From: Podarcis gaigeae
Lineage: Eukaryota
Assembly: GCA_964106915.2 (NCBI GenBank)
Contig: OZ066914.1
Direction: 5' to 3' (one strand)
Length of the DNA: 64,000 nucleotides
The position numbers and the translations under genes are program-made. The notes under the pieces are model-generated. The model made no database searches, was not told the DNA's origin, and saw nothing but the letters and a program-made list of their open reading frames with translations. Every line of letters starts with the position of its first letter. The stretch's first letter is position 1. This document shows, piece by piece, positions 27,220-39,418 of this stretch.

Positions 27220-30200
27220 CTCTCCCTCTTACTTAGTTCCACATATAACTGATACATCTTTCTTTCATAACTTTTAGTGAACAATTATTACAGTTAACTA
27301 TATAGTTTCAAAAGTCCATATGTCCCCTTGAATTTAGACATAGTCTTTTAGGCAATGGGGTTATCTGTTTTACTTCAGGAGTTATAATTCTTTCTAGGTG
27401 GCAACCAAAATATGTGGTATCCAAGCAGGATTGAGATGAGTGTGAGCTGGGTTGTCTCTCATTTACTTGTGCAAGAGGAGGTGGGTATTCTCTACAGGCA
27501 GTGGGCCAACAACTGTACTGGCATCTTTTGGCTCCTGAAGTCACCTCTCTTCTGTCTGTTTGCTAGTCTGAGTGTACAGGTTGGTTGCTGCGACACAATT
27601 GCCTTTGATTCCTTCTCAAAACTTGGTCCTCTTGAGTTACCATCTCAAACAAATGTTTGTCCAGTTGACTTTGGACCTCAGTTTTCTTCCACTCCTTATT
27701 GTGTCACTCCACTGGCTGTATCCAAATTTGCTCGCTCACATGTAGTTTAAGTAGGTCATTAGTTGACTTGTCACAGTAGTATGCCTGTCTTAATTTCTGT
27801 TCTGCAATCAGCTCAGCTCATCTGTTGGAGCTCTTTGGCTGTAGTAAGCCACACCCATTGGTAACAAGGCATTTGTCCTTCAAGCCATCATTCCCTGTGC
27901 TGGACTCCCATCCAAACCTTATGAAAATGTGTTTTGGTGGTCCAGGATATCTAGATATGCACCAGTCCTTGCTTTTCTGGCTTTGATCATCAAAATTCTC
28001 TGAGCCATTTTGACAGCTGATTCAGCGGTTCTATTGCTCTGGGGATGTCTGATGATCAAATTCCCACTGCTTTTGGAATGTTCTGAAACTGTGGTCCATT
28101 GTCAGCGCATATAATATCTGCTATTCCATAGTGGGCAAAATGGCACTTTGGTTTCTTTATAATTGTCTCAGATATAATTTCTGGCAGTGGATCTCTCCCC
28201 CCAAAGTTGTAGCAGTAGCAGTTTACCATGATGAGATTATCTTTCTATTCCACCCTTCACCCGTAGATCTCAGGGTGGTTGAAAACATGTGCTGAAGCCT
28301 GTTTGGGGCACTCAGCGATGGCCCCTGCATGATGGTTTCCAGTGGCTTATGGTCCAATTGTGCATGCACTCTCTGGCCAAATGTAAGTTGATGGAAGCAT
28401 TTCATGCCAAACACTACAGCCAACAGTTCTTTTTTTTTCAATCTGTGCATATCCTCTTTCAGTTTCTGATAGTGCTCTACTGGCAAATGCAACTGGCTGC
28501 TGTTTCTGTAGCAGCACAGCTCTTGGCCCTGTCTCAGATGCATTACATTGTGTAGCACTAACTGCTCCCCTGGATTGTAATACCTTCATACAGGACTCCT
28601 GGCCATCTTCTCAAACAACTTTGTGAACATTCCCATTCTACCTCTTTGTGTGTTAGCTATCGGAGTGGCTCACACTAATCTGCTAGCCAAGTAGTTTGCC
28701 ATTCCCAAAAAATCTTTGCATCCTTAGGTCTTGGTAACACCTGGATTGCTCTTACTTTTGCTGGGTCCACTTTCAGACCCTCTGCTGTCAACAGGTGGCC
28801 AATGTATGGCACTTCCTTCAGTTGTAACCTGACTTTATTTGGGTTTTGTATTTCTTTCTCTGCACCTCTCCAAAAAACAGGCTAAATTTTTTGTCACAAT
28901 CTCTTGCTGCTTCCTTTCCAATATCATCTCCTCCCACAATTAGTATGTCATAAGCAGTGATTTTGAGGCCTGGAACATTCTCTACTTTTTGATTCGGTCG
29001 ATGCTGAAATACTTCAGAGGCAGGGCCCACAGCATCCACAGCCAAATATACCTGCCAAAAGGAGTTGCAAAAGAGGCAAGACAGCTTGACTCTGAGCTGA
29101 GTTCTGTATGCCAGAATCCATTTTTTCACTTCAAACACAGAGGAAACCTTGGCTCGGGGTAGGTCACTTCCTACACCATCAATGGATGTTAGTGAGTAAT
29201 GGCTGCATTTTAGTGCTCTGTTCAAAGGTTTAGGATCAATACAAATATGCAGCCTTCCTGAGGGTTTGCAGAAAATAATTAGACTGCTGATCCATGCTGT
29301 ACTATAATTTACTGCAGCAACTATGCCTTTAGCTTGTAGGCTGGTCAGTTCCTGCTTCAGCAGTTCTGCCAGTGCTACTGGTACCCTTCTTTGGGGAGTT
29401 CTCAATGGATCCGCATTCAGCTTCCCTACTAGATGTCCCGCTCCCTGAAAAACACCACCAAACACCTGCAATATATTCACCATTGTCCAGGCAGCTGGTT
29501 GGCTCTCTTTACTGGTCCGTGGCACATATACTCTATTCTGATGTTGTACCTGAATGAGTTACATGGCTTGCACTGCTTTGCTCCCCATCGATGGTCTCTC
29601 CATTCACAATAACAAATTCTAAGCAATAAAACTTATTGTTGCAAATCTTAACTCTGCACTTTCCCACAGATTTCAGGATACTCTGGTGACATGGTTCAAT
29701 GTCTGTCTTTTCATTAACCATTGTCACTGGCAGCGCATTGCAGCTTGCTTCACAATCCAGCAGAGAGCAAACCATTTTTTTTGTTCAACAGCACATAAGA
29801 AAAGTATAGTACGGTAGGTATCAGTCCCCTCCCCCAGTATTTCCCACGATGTAAACATCCGGATATGGTGATCCCAAAGTCAATTTTAGAATATCCTGAC
29901 AGTGTTCAGACTCATCACGGTCATCCTGCACTGTTTTCACTGTCTGGGAGGTTTCTTCACCCTCCTGCACAGGCTTTGAAAATGGTTTGGCTTGCACTGT
30001 GCTTTGCACCAGTGGCACAGCATATGCCCATGCCACCTGAGGAGGACGGGATCCAGAGGCCGCCCTCCACGCAGCACAGTCCAGGTGAGGAGAGGGGTAG
30101 AGAAGCTGCCACCAACTCTCCTCCTGCTCTCCACCCCTGGATCAAACTTGACCTGGGAGCACAGCTGTGGCCAGGCGCAAGCCCCACAGCCAGAAGAGTG

Positions 30201-31072
30201 GGCAGCAATGTTACCACCCACTGTCCTCTCTCTGCCCCTGGGACAGACTTGACCTGGGGTTGGAGCTGCCATGGCTGGGCGCAAAGCACACCTCAGCTGA
30301 GGAGGGTGGGCAGCGGCATTGCTCTCCACCTGACCAAGGAACAGAGCTGCAGCCAGTCATGAGCACCACAGCCCAGACACAGCTCCTTCATGTGCCAGAG
30401 CCAGACTCCTATGAAGGAGCTTCTTGTGAAGGCACCTGGTGACACATCCTTAAAAAATTACACCCGGGACCAAGTCCCTCCCCAGTCCCCCCACTGCACC
30501 ACTGCTGTCTACATATGCTAGGTGTTTTTATTTATTTATTACTCTTTACATGTTGTTTCCCACAATACAGGCGTTGCATCCTGGGTGCCCCCTCGCTAGG
30601 TTGCAAACCCCAGTGTCCTGCATCTGTGTCTCTTCTGGGCCTGCTAATGGTTTAATTCTTGCTTCAGAAAGTTCTGCTGCCCTGCCTATCTCCAGGCAGC
30701 GACGCAGTGTTAAATCTGCTTCTCGCAACAGTTGCTCTCGCAAATGCTGATCTCTTGTCCCACTAACAATTCTGTCTCTGATCACCGCAAAACAACAGGT
30801 GGATTCTAGAGTCCTTAATAACAGCAACAAACAGAAAACCTCTCAGAGCCATGCCTGGAAAGCATAGGGCAAAGTGTGGATGAACCCTCAGAGTCAAGCG
30901 GGAGTATCACAAAACAAATAACTTTATTTAAACAAGCTTTCTTTCAACTCTGAACACTCCCTGACCCTCCTGCTCTCTCGCTATACTTTTTGCGCTGATT
31001 CACTTCTGGGTTATTCACTTCTTAACCTGTTTCTCTCCCTGACTGCTGTCCTACCTCTGACTGTTTCACATA

Positions 31073-31269
31073 CAGTGGTACCTCGAGTTACAGACGCTTC
31101 AGGTTACAGACTCCACTAACCCAGAAATAGTACCTCGGGTTAAGAACTTTCTTCAGGATGAGAACAGAAATTGCATGGCAGCAGCGGGAGGCCCCATTAG
31201 CTAAAGTGGTAACTCAGGTTAAGAACTGACCTCCAAAACGAATTAAGTTCTTAACCCGAGGTACCACTG
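31073..31269. mobile_element. TA-target MITE inserted in the Gypsy 5' LTR
   Basis: TA|CAGTGGTACCTCG...CGAGGTACCACTG|TA. Confidence 0.9.
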
Positions 31270-31786
31270 TATTTTGATACAACCTCCTCCTCCTCCTCCA
31301 TCCCCTTTCCCCCTCTCCCCTTCCCACCCACTATCTCAGCCCTTGCCTTGCCCACCCACTGCCAACAAAAAGGGATCCTTCCTCAGAGTGAAGCATTGTG
31401 GGTGAACTTGCCCAGACCATAACTTAGCCTCAACAGCAGCCAAGTACTATTTAAAACTATATAACAACTTTTGAATATGAGTTTACCGCCACCACAAGCC
31501 CCCATTCTTCCTATGCTTCTATGATGGTTTGGAAAATAAATGCAGAGTGATTTTCAGTGCATATCTGATCACATTCTGGTTATTGTTTCCTTTTTCCTTC
31601 AAAAGATGTGGCTGCAAGGCAAAAGCAGACTTTGTAGTTGGTAAACTCTAGTTGCTCTAGCCCCAATGGCACCTAATAACTTTTCTAGCAATTCAATTTG
31701 TGCAATATTAATTAGAAAATGAGTGAATGAAAACAAAACTCTAGTTGATGACCATATTTGTTATTGAATAAAATAAGAATACTTAC

Positions 31787-31910
31787 AGACTAACAACAGG
31801 TCAGCTCGACTGCAACATTCAGTTCCACTGAGCATAAACAGCCCTTCTCAGCTTTCATTTACTACCAAGTTACACAAGTGAAGAAAGAAAGCCTGACTTC
31901 CTGGTTTATA
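31787..31910 (-). promoter_or_regulatory. SLC22A18: Probable SLC22A18 core promoter and non-coding exon 1 (31879-31787)
   Basis: On -: TATAAA at 31910-31905, an adjacent ETS core CAGGAAGT, an Inr-like TTCACTT with its A at 31879 (31 nt from the TATA start), then a consensus GTAAGT donor at 31786-31781. The first coding exon has an acceptor, so it needs an upstream exon. Confidence 0.55.
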
Positions 31911-33271
31911 CCTAATAGGGACTGTGTAAAAACTATCAACAGGGAGCAGAGCAGTAAAGCTATGAAAGGCTCCAGCAATGATGCAACAGCTACTCTTTTG
32001 CTATCGAAAGAGCCTACAGTATATTCTATGCCAGGGTGATACAATGTCTGCAACAAGGGCAATAAAACTTTCTGCAAATTAGAGAGTGTCCTCTGATCAC
32101 AGAACATTGGCATCCTCCTCTCACCATTGGTGTGCTTGTTCTCTGAGGGTAGCTTGCTGCTCTGCTGTTCCAAGGTTAACAGTGAAAGAGAGGTGAGACA
32201 TTGGTGACTCTGTGACTGCCCAGAAAGCCATTCTGTTGTGCAGTAAACACACAGAACTGTTACTCCATTGCTTCATGGGATCTAAATATCTCTTCCTTCA
32301 CACTAGCAGATCCACTGAAGGGGAACTGTGCTTTTTCCATATTGGCACAGTTGCTTGAAGTCAGCAATTCTTCCTTTGCAACTGCAGCATGAATTTGACC
32401 GTGTTTCTTTTTTTATTTGGTGCCTTTTTCATATTCAAAAAGTGCCAAATACAAGCCATGTTTGCACACTACCAAGGCAAGTATTTCAGTCTCTCTGCTG
32501 TCTCACTTAGATGACTGAGTTGTGTCCAAGACCATACAGAGTGAAAAATTAATATGATTATTGCAAATTTAAAATTGAGAAGTTCCATCCCTCTCCGCCC
32601 ATTCCTCGCAGTCTCCTCCACTTCCCAGGTGGTGAACAGATCCAAGGTAGATTCACAGGATCACCTTTCTTTTGCTATGGTCTGTTTTGTTTCTACATCA
32701 CTTTTGGCACAAAGGCCCCCAAAGGAGTGAACGACATTAATGCGAATTACAAAAGAAATAGGCAACAAAAGTATGATACTTATAGCGGGTCAATTGAAAC
32801 AATGTAAAACAGCATCTTTTGGAGGAGAAAGCTCTAGAGATTTGTAATGGGGACATGTTTTGCAATGTCTGTTCACAAATGTTCAAGTTGAAACAGGTGG
32901 CAGGGAAGCTGGCAAGTAGTTCTGTTCCCAAAGAAAAAGAAAACCCCACTATTTGTTCTTTTCTGCCTGCCAGCTCCTCAAATTAAAAATTATTCTGCCT
33001 TTCTCTGGTGAAATTCAAACTGCACATGCTGTTCCTTTCAGCTCCACTCTAGGCGATTGGCTACGATACATTTCAGCAACTTAGATATCTACTATATACC
33101 AGATCCTAAGTTTTAGGCTATATACAACCTGAGAGAGCAGAAAGTTTAATAACAAAACAACATACTAGAATACTATAAAATAAAACTTCCTTTCAAGCGT
33201 CGGATCACATTCAGATCACGTAAATCAAATATAGATGCACATTTTTCTGACTTTGATTTGGCTGCATTATA

Positions 33272-33592
33272 CAGTGGGTACCTCGGGATGCAAATGGAAT
33301 CCATTCCAGAGCCCCGTTCGCATCCTGAACAGAACGTAAGACGTGACTGCACATCTGCGCATGCGTGGGTCACGTTTCGCCGCTTCCGCGCATGCACGTG
33401 ATGTCATTTTGACCATCTGAGCATGTGCGAGCGGCAAAACCCGGAAGTAACGTGCTCCCTTACTTCCTGGTCGCTGCGGCGCGCAACCCAAAAATACTTA
33501 TCCTGAAGCGTATTTATTCCGAGGTATGACTGTACAGTCATACCTCGGGTTGAATATGCTTCATGTTGAGCACGTTCGACTTGCGCTCCGCT
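33272..33592. mobile_element. TA-target MITE (33272-33532) abutted by a second, truncated MITE end (from 33535)
   Basis: TA|CAGTGGGTACCTCGG...CCGAGGTATGACTG|TA|CAGTCATACCTCGG. Confidence 0.8.
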
Positions 33593-33634
33593 CTGAGTCC
33601 GGCCTCGGCCAGGGAGGGCAGGATACAAATAAAA

Positions 33635-33635
<1 letters not shown>

Positions 33636-33690
<55 letters not shown>
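33636..33690. repeat. (TTA)n microsatellite (retroposon tail)
   Basis: Direct observation. Similar tracts at ~19988-20021, ~37101-37144 (AAT) and ~11805-11832 (AAT/AAC). Confidence 0.95.
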
Positions 33691-33691
<1 letters not shown>

Positions 33692-33772
33692 TTGCAAGAG
33701 GAGACCTTCCATTCATGGAAAGGACACTCTGGGTCTAAGCACCTAGATTCATCCGATTATTCAAACTGATTG

Positions 33773-34023
33773 TGTTATGTACGTATTGAAGTTCTCACCC
33801 TGGCCACTAGGAGTATCGTGTATATAGTTTTCACTCAGGTCCACGCCAGTTACTTTAGGCAGGAAACCCTGGGTTGTTGTTACAACAATGTTGACAGCCG
33901 GCTGTCTATAAAAGCAGGCTGGCTGAGCTGTTTGCTGTTCAGTTCTGGTCTGGTCTGTGAATAAACAAGAGCTGTTTTGGAGAAATCACTGCGTCGTCTG
34001 CTATGTCTATCCACTATTTAACA
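33773..34023 (+). mobile_element. Solo LTR (251 bp)
   Basis: TGTTA...TAACA termini, perfect 5-bp TSD GATTG (33768-33772 / 34024-34028), TATAAAA at 33907 and AATAAA at 33960. Confidence 0.85.
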
Positions 34024-34332
34024 GATTGGACCTGAGTTGTGTAGAAATTGTCAATTTGGTGTTGGACTGGAGGAGACATCTGAGGTCTTATCAAGAGAGC
34101 AGCATGGTAAGAGGTAGAAAGTCGCTCAAGCAAGTGTATTCATTTACAAATGCCTAATTATTATTATTTAAATACAAGGCCAGGGAATCAAGGGCTAGAA
34201 AGACTTGTGGTGGCAGGTTGCAATTATGGAGGCATTCTGCCAATACACAGAAGCATTCTCAGTACTGTTAAGTTCAGAGGCCTGAGACACAGAACTTAGA
34301 TGCAGACTCCATTTGCTAAACAAAGAGCATTA

Positions 34333-34577
34333 CAGTGGTACCTCGGGTTAAGAACTTAATTCGTTCCGGAGGTCTGTTCTTAGCCTGAAACTGTTCTTAA
34401 CCTGAAGCACCACTTTAGCTAATGGGGCCTCCTGGTGCTGCTGCCGCGTCGCCAGAGCACAATTTCTGTTCTCATCCTGAAGCAAAGTTCTTAAACCGAG
34501 GTACTATTTCTGGGTTAGCAGAGTCTGTAACCTGAAGCATCTACAACCTGAAGCATCTGTAACCCGAGGTACCACTG
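34333..34577. mobile_element. TA-target MITE (inverted relative to the 31073 and 37630 copies)
   Basis: TIR CAGTGGTACCTCGGGTTA, TA TSD. Confidence 0.9.
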
Positions 34578-37100
34578 TACTACAGAGCACTTTCCTTGCT
34601 GGGTTACATTAAGACAGGAGTTCTTGCTTCCAGAACTCCCAAAAGTCCTGGGGTGGACTCAGCTTTCTTAGGCCAGAGCATTCCGGAATCCTGGTCTGGA
34701 TCACAGACTGGATCCGCTCAGTCCTTACAAATATAGCATTGAATGAGAGTCAGAGGTCAGATACCAGACACAGCAGATGCTGTTGCTACCAAAGGAGAAC
34801 TCATAGCCATTGCAGTCAAGCTTTCCTGTGCAAGTAGAGACAAGGGACATCCTGGGAGCATAGGAGGACTTCACTGTCCTGGGTGCATCCCATCCTGTAG
34901 CCTCGAGGAGGCTCAAGCCCTCCTGCAACCCTCTCTCAAAACTCTTTTGCTGTTTCCAAAATGTAGCGTGCACTGAGAAAATTGACAGCATTCCTCTGAC
35001 AAACCACAAGAGGCTTTCGAGAACCCTGCATCGTTCCAGTATCTTCCTAACGTCTTGGATGTTAATGAAATGATAGCCAACTTTTGCATTCCCAGCATTG
35101 CAACGATTCCAGAAAGGAGCCGCCAGAGTTTGAATTCAGTATTTATATTTCTAAATGAAGGATTAAGTGGTTTTATAGAAGGATTTAATCTGCAGATGTA
35201 GATATAGCGTGATTTATGTCCTAATCAGAGTTATTTGGAGGGGGAGGGCCCCAATCATTTCAACAGAATTTATTTCCAATGAAGTATATTTAGGACTGTA
35301 GTAGGGATTGTGTACTTAAAGGACCCGATCCATCAGGAAGTTTGCCTGTGCAACCCTCCCCCCCCCATTGAAATGAATGGGAGCTGTCTTAAGAGCACCG
35401 CCTTGCTCTTCCACGGCGCCTGCTCATTTCAAAGGAGCTGTATGTGTGTGTACCTTTCACATTTTGCATTGTGTCACACTGAAATTTGAACACAACATGA
35501 CAGGAACAAGTCTTTGGAGTGATGCTTTGAGGAGGAAATTGTCTATTATATGCTGCCCTGACTTATGCCAGCCTGTCACATTAGAATCTCATTCTCCATT
35601 CCCCCCAAATGAAGAAGTCACATATCCTCTTGAATGCAAAATACACAAAAATGATTATCAAGCAACACATTGATACTGACAAGTTCTATCCAAACCACAA
35701 AAGGATTTCTCTGCAGGATGAATGTCTTTTTTTGACAGGTATATTGGGAGGGCTTCTTAGAGGGAGAATTTATCCAAGAGTGTTTTTGCCCCCCTTCATT
35801 TTTTTTTCCCAATTTCTTTTTATTGAGTTTCACTTAAATAACCAAAAGGGAAAACAAATCAACAGTTACAAAAAATAATAAAAAATAATAATATCTGAAC
35901 ATAACATAAAAATAATATCAGTTTCCGTTACAGTTCTTTGTCTTCACACTTGTATCTTTGTATCTTTGAAAGCTTAAATCATTCTTCTACACCCTATTGA
36001 CCTCCATCCCTCCCGATTTCAGGCTTCTTGATGTAAATAATTTATTTCTCCTGCAGCTGGTAATTATTAATGGTTTACACATCGTAAGATCTATATCCAA
36101 CCTGCTATAGGTTTTAGGTTTCTATAATTCCCTTCAATGTATATCATAAATTTATTTTTCCCCCTTCAAAGTGCTGAAGCAGCAGCAGCACCAGGAAGAA
36201 CTTGTACTTCTACACAACTTTAAAAAGTAGTGGAGCCTCTCTGTCTTTCAGGCCTTTTTCACCTGGCTTGGGAGGGCAGGGCGCTGACTGACTGTAGCTA
36301 CAAAAGGTGAGGCTGCAGGAACAGACTCTCAGGCTGGCGTTTATGGAATTTTTTGTGGGTTTTCTTTTTTGCTGTTGTTGCCATTGGGGTTTTTTTGTAC
36401 CTTTATTTTAGATCTTGCTGTGATTTATGTGGAAATTGTTCCGTTTGGTTGTGTGTTTTTAAAAATGTTTTATTTATTGTTTACGACTACTTTTATGCTT
36501 TAGTTATGGGGGTTTTTTTCATGCTGTAAGCCGCCTTGAACTGTGGAAAGGCAGAATACAGATAAAATTATGTCTCTCTGTGTGTTTTGCTTTTCACATT
36601 GGCAGTTACTGCCAATTTCACATTCAGTACTGAATATTGATTTTCATGGCTTTTTGAACATTAGAGGGCACCAAAGAACCACAAATAGTCACTTAGATCC
36701 AGAGGCTACTGAGTACATTTCTCTTGAAATCTCTGCACAAAGATTGAAGCATAAAATCATAGAATTGTAGAGTTGGAAGGGGATCACAAGGATGTGACAG
36801 GAACATAAAGCCTTGCCATGACCAGATCATAATCCATCAAATGACCAGAAAAAAAGGAAAATCTCAACCCAGCAGGGAAAAGATGTCACTGATGGCATCA
36901 AGGTGCGTCTCACTTAGGAGACCATTCCACAGACAGGGCAGGGGGGAGGGGCACAAAGGCAATTTGCAATGCCTTCCCCATTCCAACCTACCACCAACCC
37001 CGTTTTTTATATATCTAGTAAAGCTACACCAAATTGTCTTCTGTTGCAATTAGTCATATAACAAAATATACACTGGCTACTTAAGCCATGTACTCATAGC

Positions 37101-37146
<46 letters not shown>

Positions 37147-37629
37147 CACACCAAAATACCAATTATTCCACATTTAAACTGGTACAATATATGTGTATTT
37201 GCATTAGTGAAGTAATAATGCCCCCTAAATCCCACACACGCATTTCAAGGGGACACTTTGGGGGATATTTCTGAGATTGGAGGGATGGTGAAAATATTCA
37301 CCGATTTTGGAAAATGGAAATTTTATGAGGTACAAAGGTGTGCTTTGTGATGTAGTAGCAAATCTTGAAGTGCAGGAGCTCATCGTGACAGCCCTCATGA
37401 GTCCAACAAATGCATGCAGCTGTGTTGATCTATTGACACACACACAAAGAGTGCTGGTATGTAGGATAAAACCCTATTTATTAAGATTATCAGCGGACAG
37501 TGATAGACTTGTAAGCTGGTAAAAGGGGGCATAATGTTGGAATTTGGCTAGGGAAACATGGGGTCGTATCCCAGATCAGTCGACCATGTGGACTGCACTC
37601 CTATGCATCGTCGCCTGGGACTGGCAGTA

Positions 37630-37855
37630 CAGTGGTACCTCGGATTACAGACGCTTCAGGTTACAGACTCCGCTAACCCAAAAATAGTACCTCGGGTTAA
37701 GAACTTTGCTTCAGGATGAGAACAGAAATCACGCAGCAGCGGCACGGTGGCAGCGGAAGGCCCCATTAGCTGAAGTGGTGCTTCAGATTAAGAACAGTTT
37801 CAGGTTAAGAATGGACCTCCGGAATGAATTAAGTTCTTAACCCGAGGTACTACTG
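37630..37855. mobile_element. TA-target MITE
   Basis: TIR CAGTGGTACCTCGG, TA TSD, same family as 31073. Confidence 0.9.
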
Positions 37856-38635
37856 TAAGCTCAACAGCGCATAGGTTCAAGACCACATTAGAACTTCCAC
37901 CAAAAAATATTCAGCTTCCCAAAAGGCATCCTTTAAGCTTTTGATTAGAAATGCAAAGAATCTCGCAAGGAGGCATTATAATTTAAACTGATAGCATGAA
38001 ATAGGACAGAAGCATTGAGTCTTTGTTTATTTTCCTCCTTCTGTGACTTCCTCCATGCTAATCTGCCACAAACAAGAGTAACTCTTGAAAGCCTCATTAT
38101 CACCTCACTCGCCGCAGCAAGGAGAATCCATCAGTTACCCCAGTTCTCCAGCAGATGACACCCTCAAGCCTGCTCTGAAAAACATCCCAGAGCTGTACTC
38201 CCTTCCTCCTCGCTCAGCTCATGTTCCATAATAAGACAGGCAGGGATAGCAGCCTCTTCCTCCTCCTTTCCCTAAACACTTTGCTTGCGGGGGTGGAACT
38301 CCTTTCCACAGGCCTTTCTGATGGCTGGTATTCCCCACCACCACCACAAAATTAGGCCACATCTTAATATAGTATAATTCTGGGAGCATTATACAGGGGA
38401 GAGGGGTGGCTGCCAGCAGGGGCTATCTCTGCAATCCACAATGCCTTTGAAATAACATGGCATGTACTGATTTGGTGTTGTTCCAAGGGAGCGTTGTAAG
38501 TTGTGGGAGAATGGAAACACGGAGGAGTTCCACCGCTACTGCCAAAAGTATGGTTATGGAAAGGTTGGGGCAGGGGGTTCTGTCCCCTCTGTTTTTATTC
38601 CAAGTCAGTCTCCACCCCAAAACCTTTGCTAATTT

Positions 38636-38797
38636 AAAGGTAAAGGTACCCCTGACCATTAAGCCCAGTCACAGACGACTCTGGGGTTGTGGCGCTCATC
38701 TTGCTCTATAGGCCGAGGGAGCCGGCGTTTGTCCACAGACAAACTAAGCCGCTCCTGGCGAACCAGAGCAGCACATGGAAACGCACCACCCACGTCC
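38636..38797 (-). mobile_element. Internally deleted Sauria SINE
   Basis: The tail and 3' body are joined directly to the first ~15 nt of the head (ACCACCCACGTCCC). Confidence 0.75.
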
Positions 38798-39276
38798 CTC
38801 CTTTTGATAATTTTGCTTCCCTCAAATAACTCTGAATTTCACCCCCACTCCAATCTGAAAATTAAATTCTCACTTAAGAACTTCTGGCTTTATATGGAGA
38901 TAATGTCAAGTGCAGAAAACACAGTAATTTGGAATGGGCCTAAGAGGGTGGAGGCCAAGAATGTAACCATTATTATTATTGTTGTTGTTGTTGTTGCATT
39001 TCACCCTGTGTGCAAATAGAGACAGCCTCAAGAAGCAGACACAATATTGACCACCTAAATGTGGCTTTCACAGAATGCAAAGACATTTTAAAGGGGAATA
39101 TATATATAGTGTATAACCTAAAGGTGCTATTTATACTGGACCCCACTTTTACTGGGCAACTACCTGAGGAGGGTAGAAAAAATATCTCCAAGAGTGCACT
39201 TCAGGCCATATTGAGGCTGTACTTGGGGGCCAGTACTTAGGGGCCAGTCGCTGGGCTACGTCTCCAATTCTCTTGA

Positions 39277-39418
39277 CAGAATCACAGATTTGTAGCGTTG
39301 AAAGGGACCACAAGGGTCATCTAGTCCAACCCTCTGCAATGCAGGAATCTTTCGCCCAACATGGGGCTCAAACCCACAACCCTGAGATTAAGGGCCTCAT
39401 GTTCTACTGACTGAGCTT
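39277..39418 (-). mobile_element. tRNA-Lys-derived SINE with CR1-like tail
   Basis: The reverse strand reads AGCTCAGTCAGTAGAACATGAGGCCCTTAATCTCAGGGTTGTGGGTTTGAGCCCCATGTTGGGCG, followed by AAAGATTCCTGCATTGCAGAGGGTTGGACTAGATGACC. Confidence 0.75.

Larger units (their letters stand above)
26625..31281 (-). mobile_element. Decayed Ty3/Gypsy LTR retrotransposon (Mag/K02A2.6-like) in SLC22A18 intron 1
   Basis: On -: gag (IRDRIVSGTRDQHLREQLLREADLTLRRCLEI, Cys-His knuckle remnants), protease (LLDCEASCNALP), RT (RRVPVAL...ICIDPKPLNRAL...AYDILIVG), RNase H (PVAFASRALSETERGYAQIEK) and an integrase remnant (ADIICADNGPQF ~28090-28150), in Gypsy order, with many stops and frameshifts. Diverged direct repeats at ~26625-27256 and ~30785-31281 both start TGTATCA on -. 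A purine tract GAAAGAAAGA abuts the 3' LTR. The left boundary is uncertain. Confidence 0.9.

Noticed and set aside
28818-29525. 235-aa ORF as an intact or domesticated reverse transcriptase
   Set aside because: Frameshifted, the catalytic YxDD reads AYDI, and neighbouring domains are disrupted.
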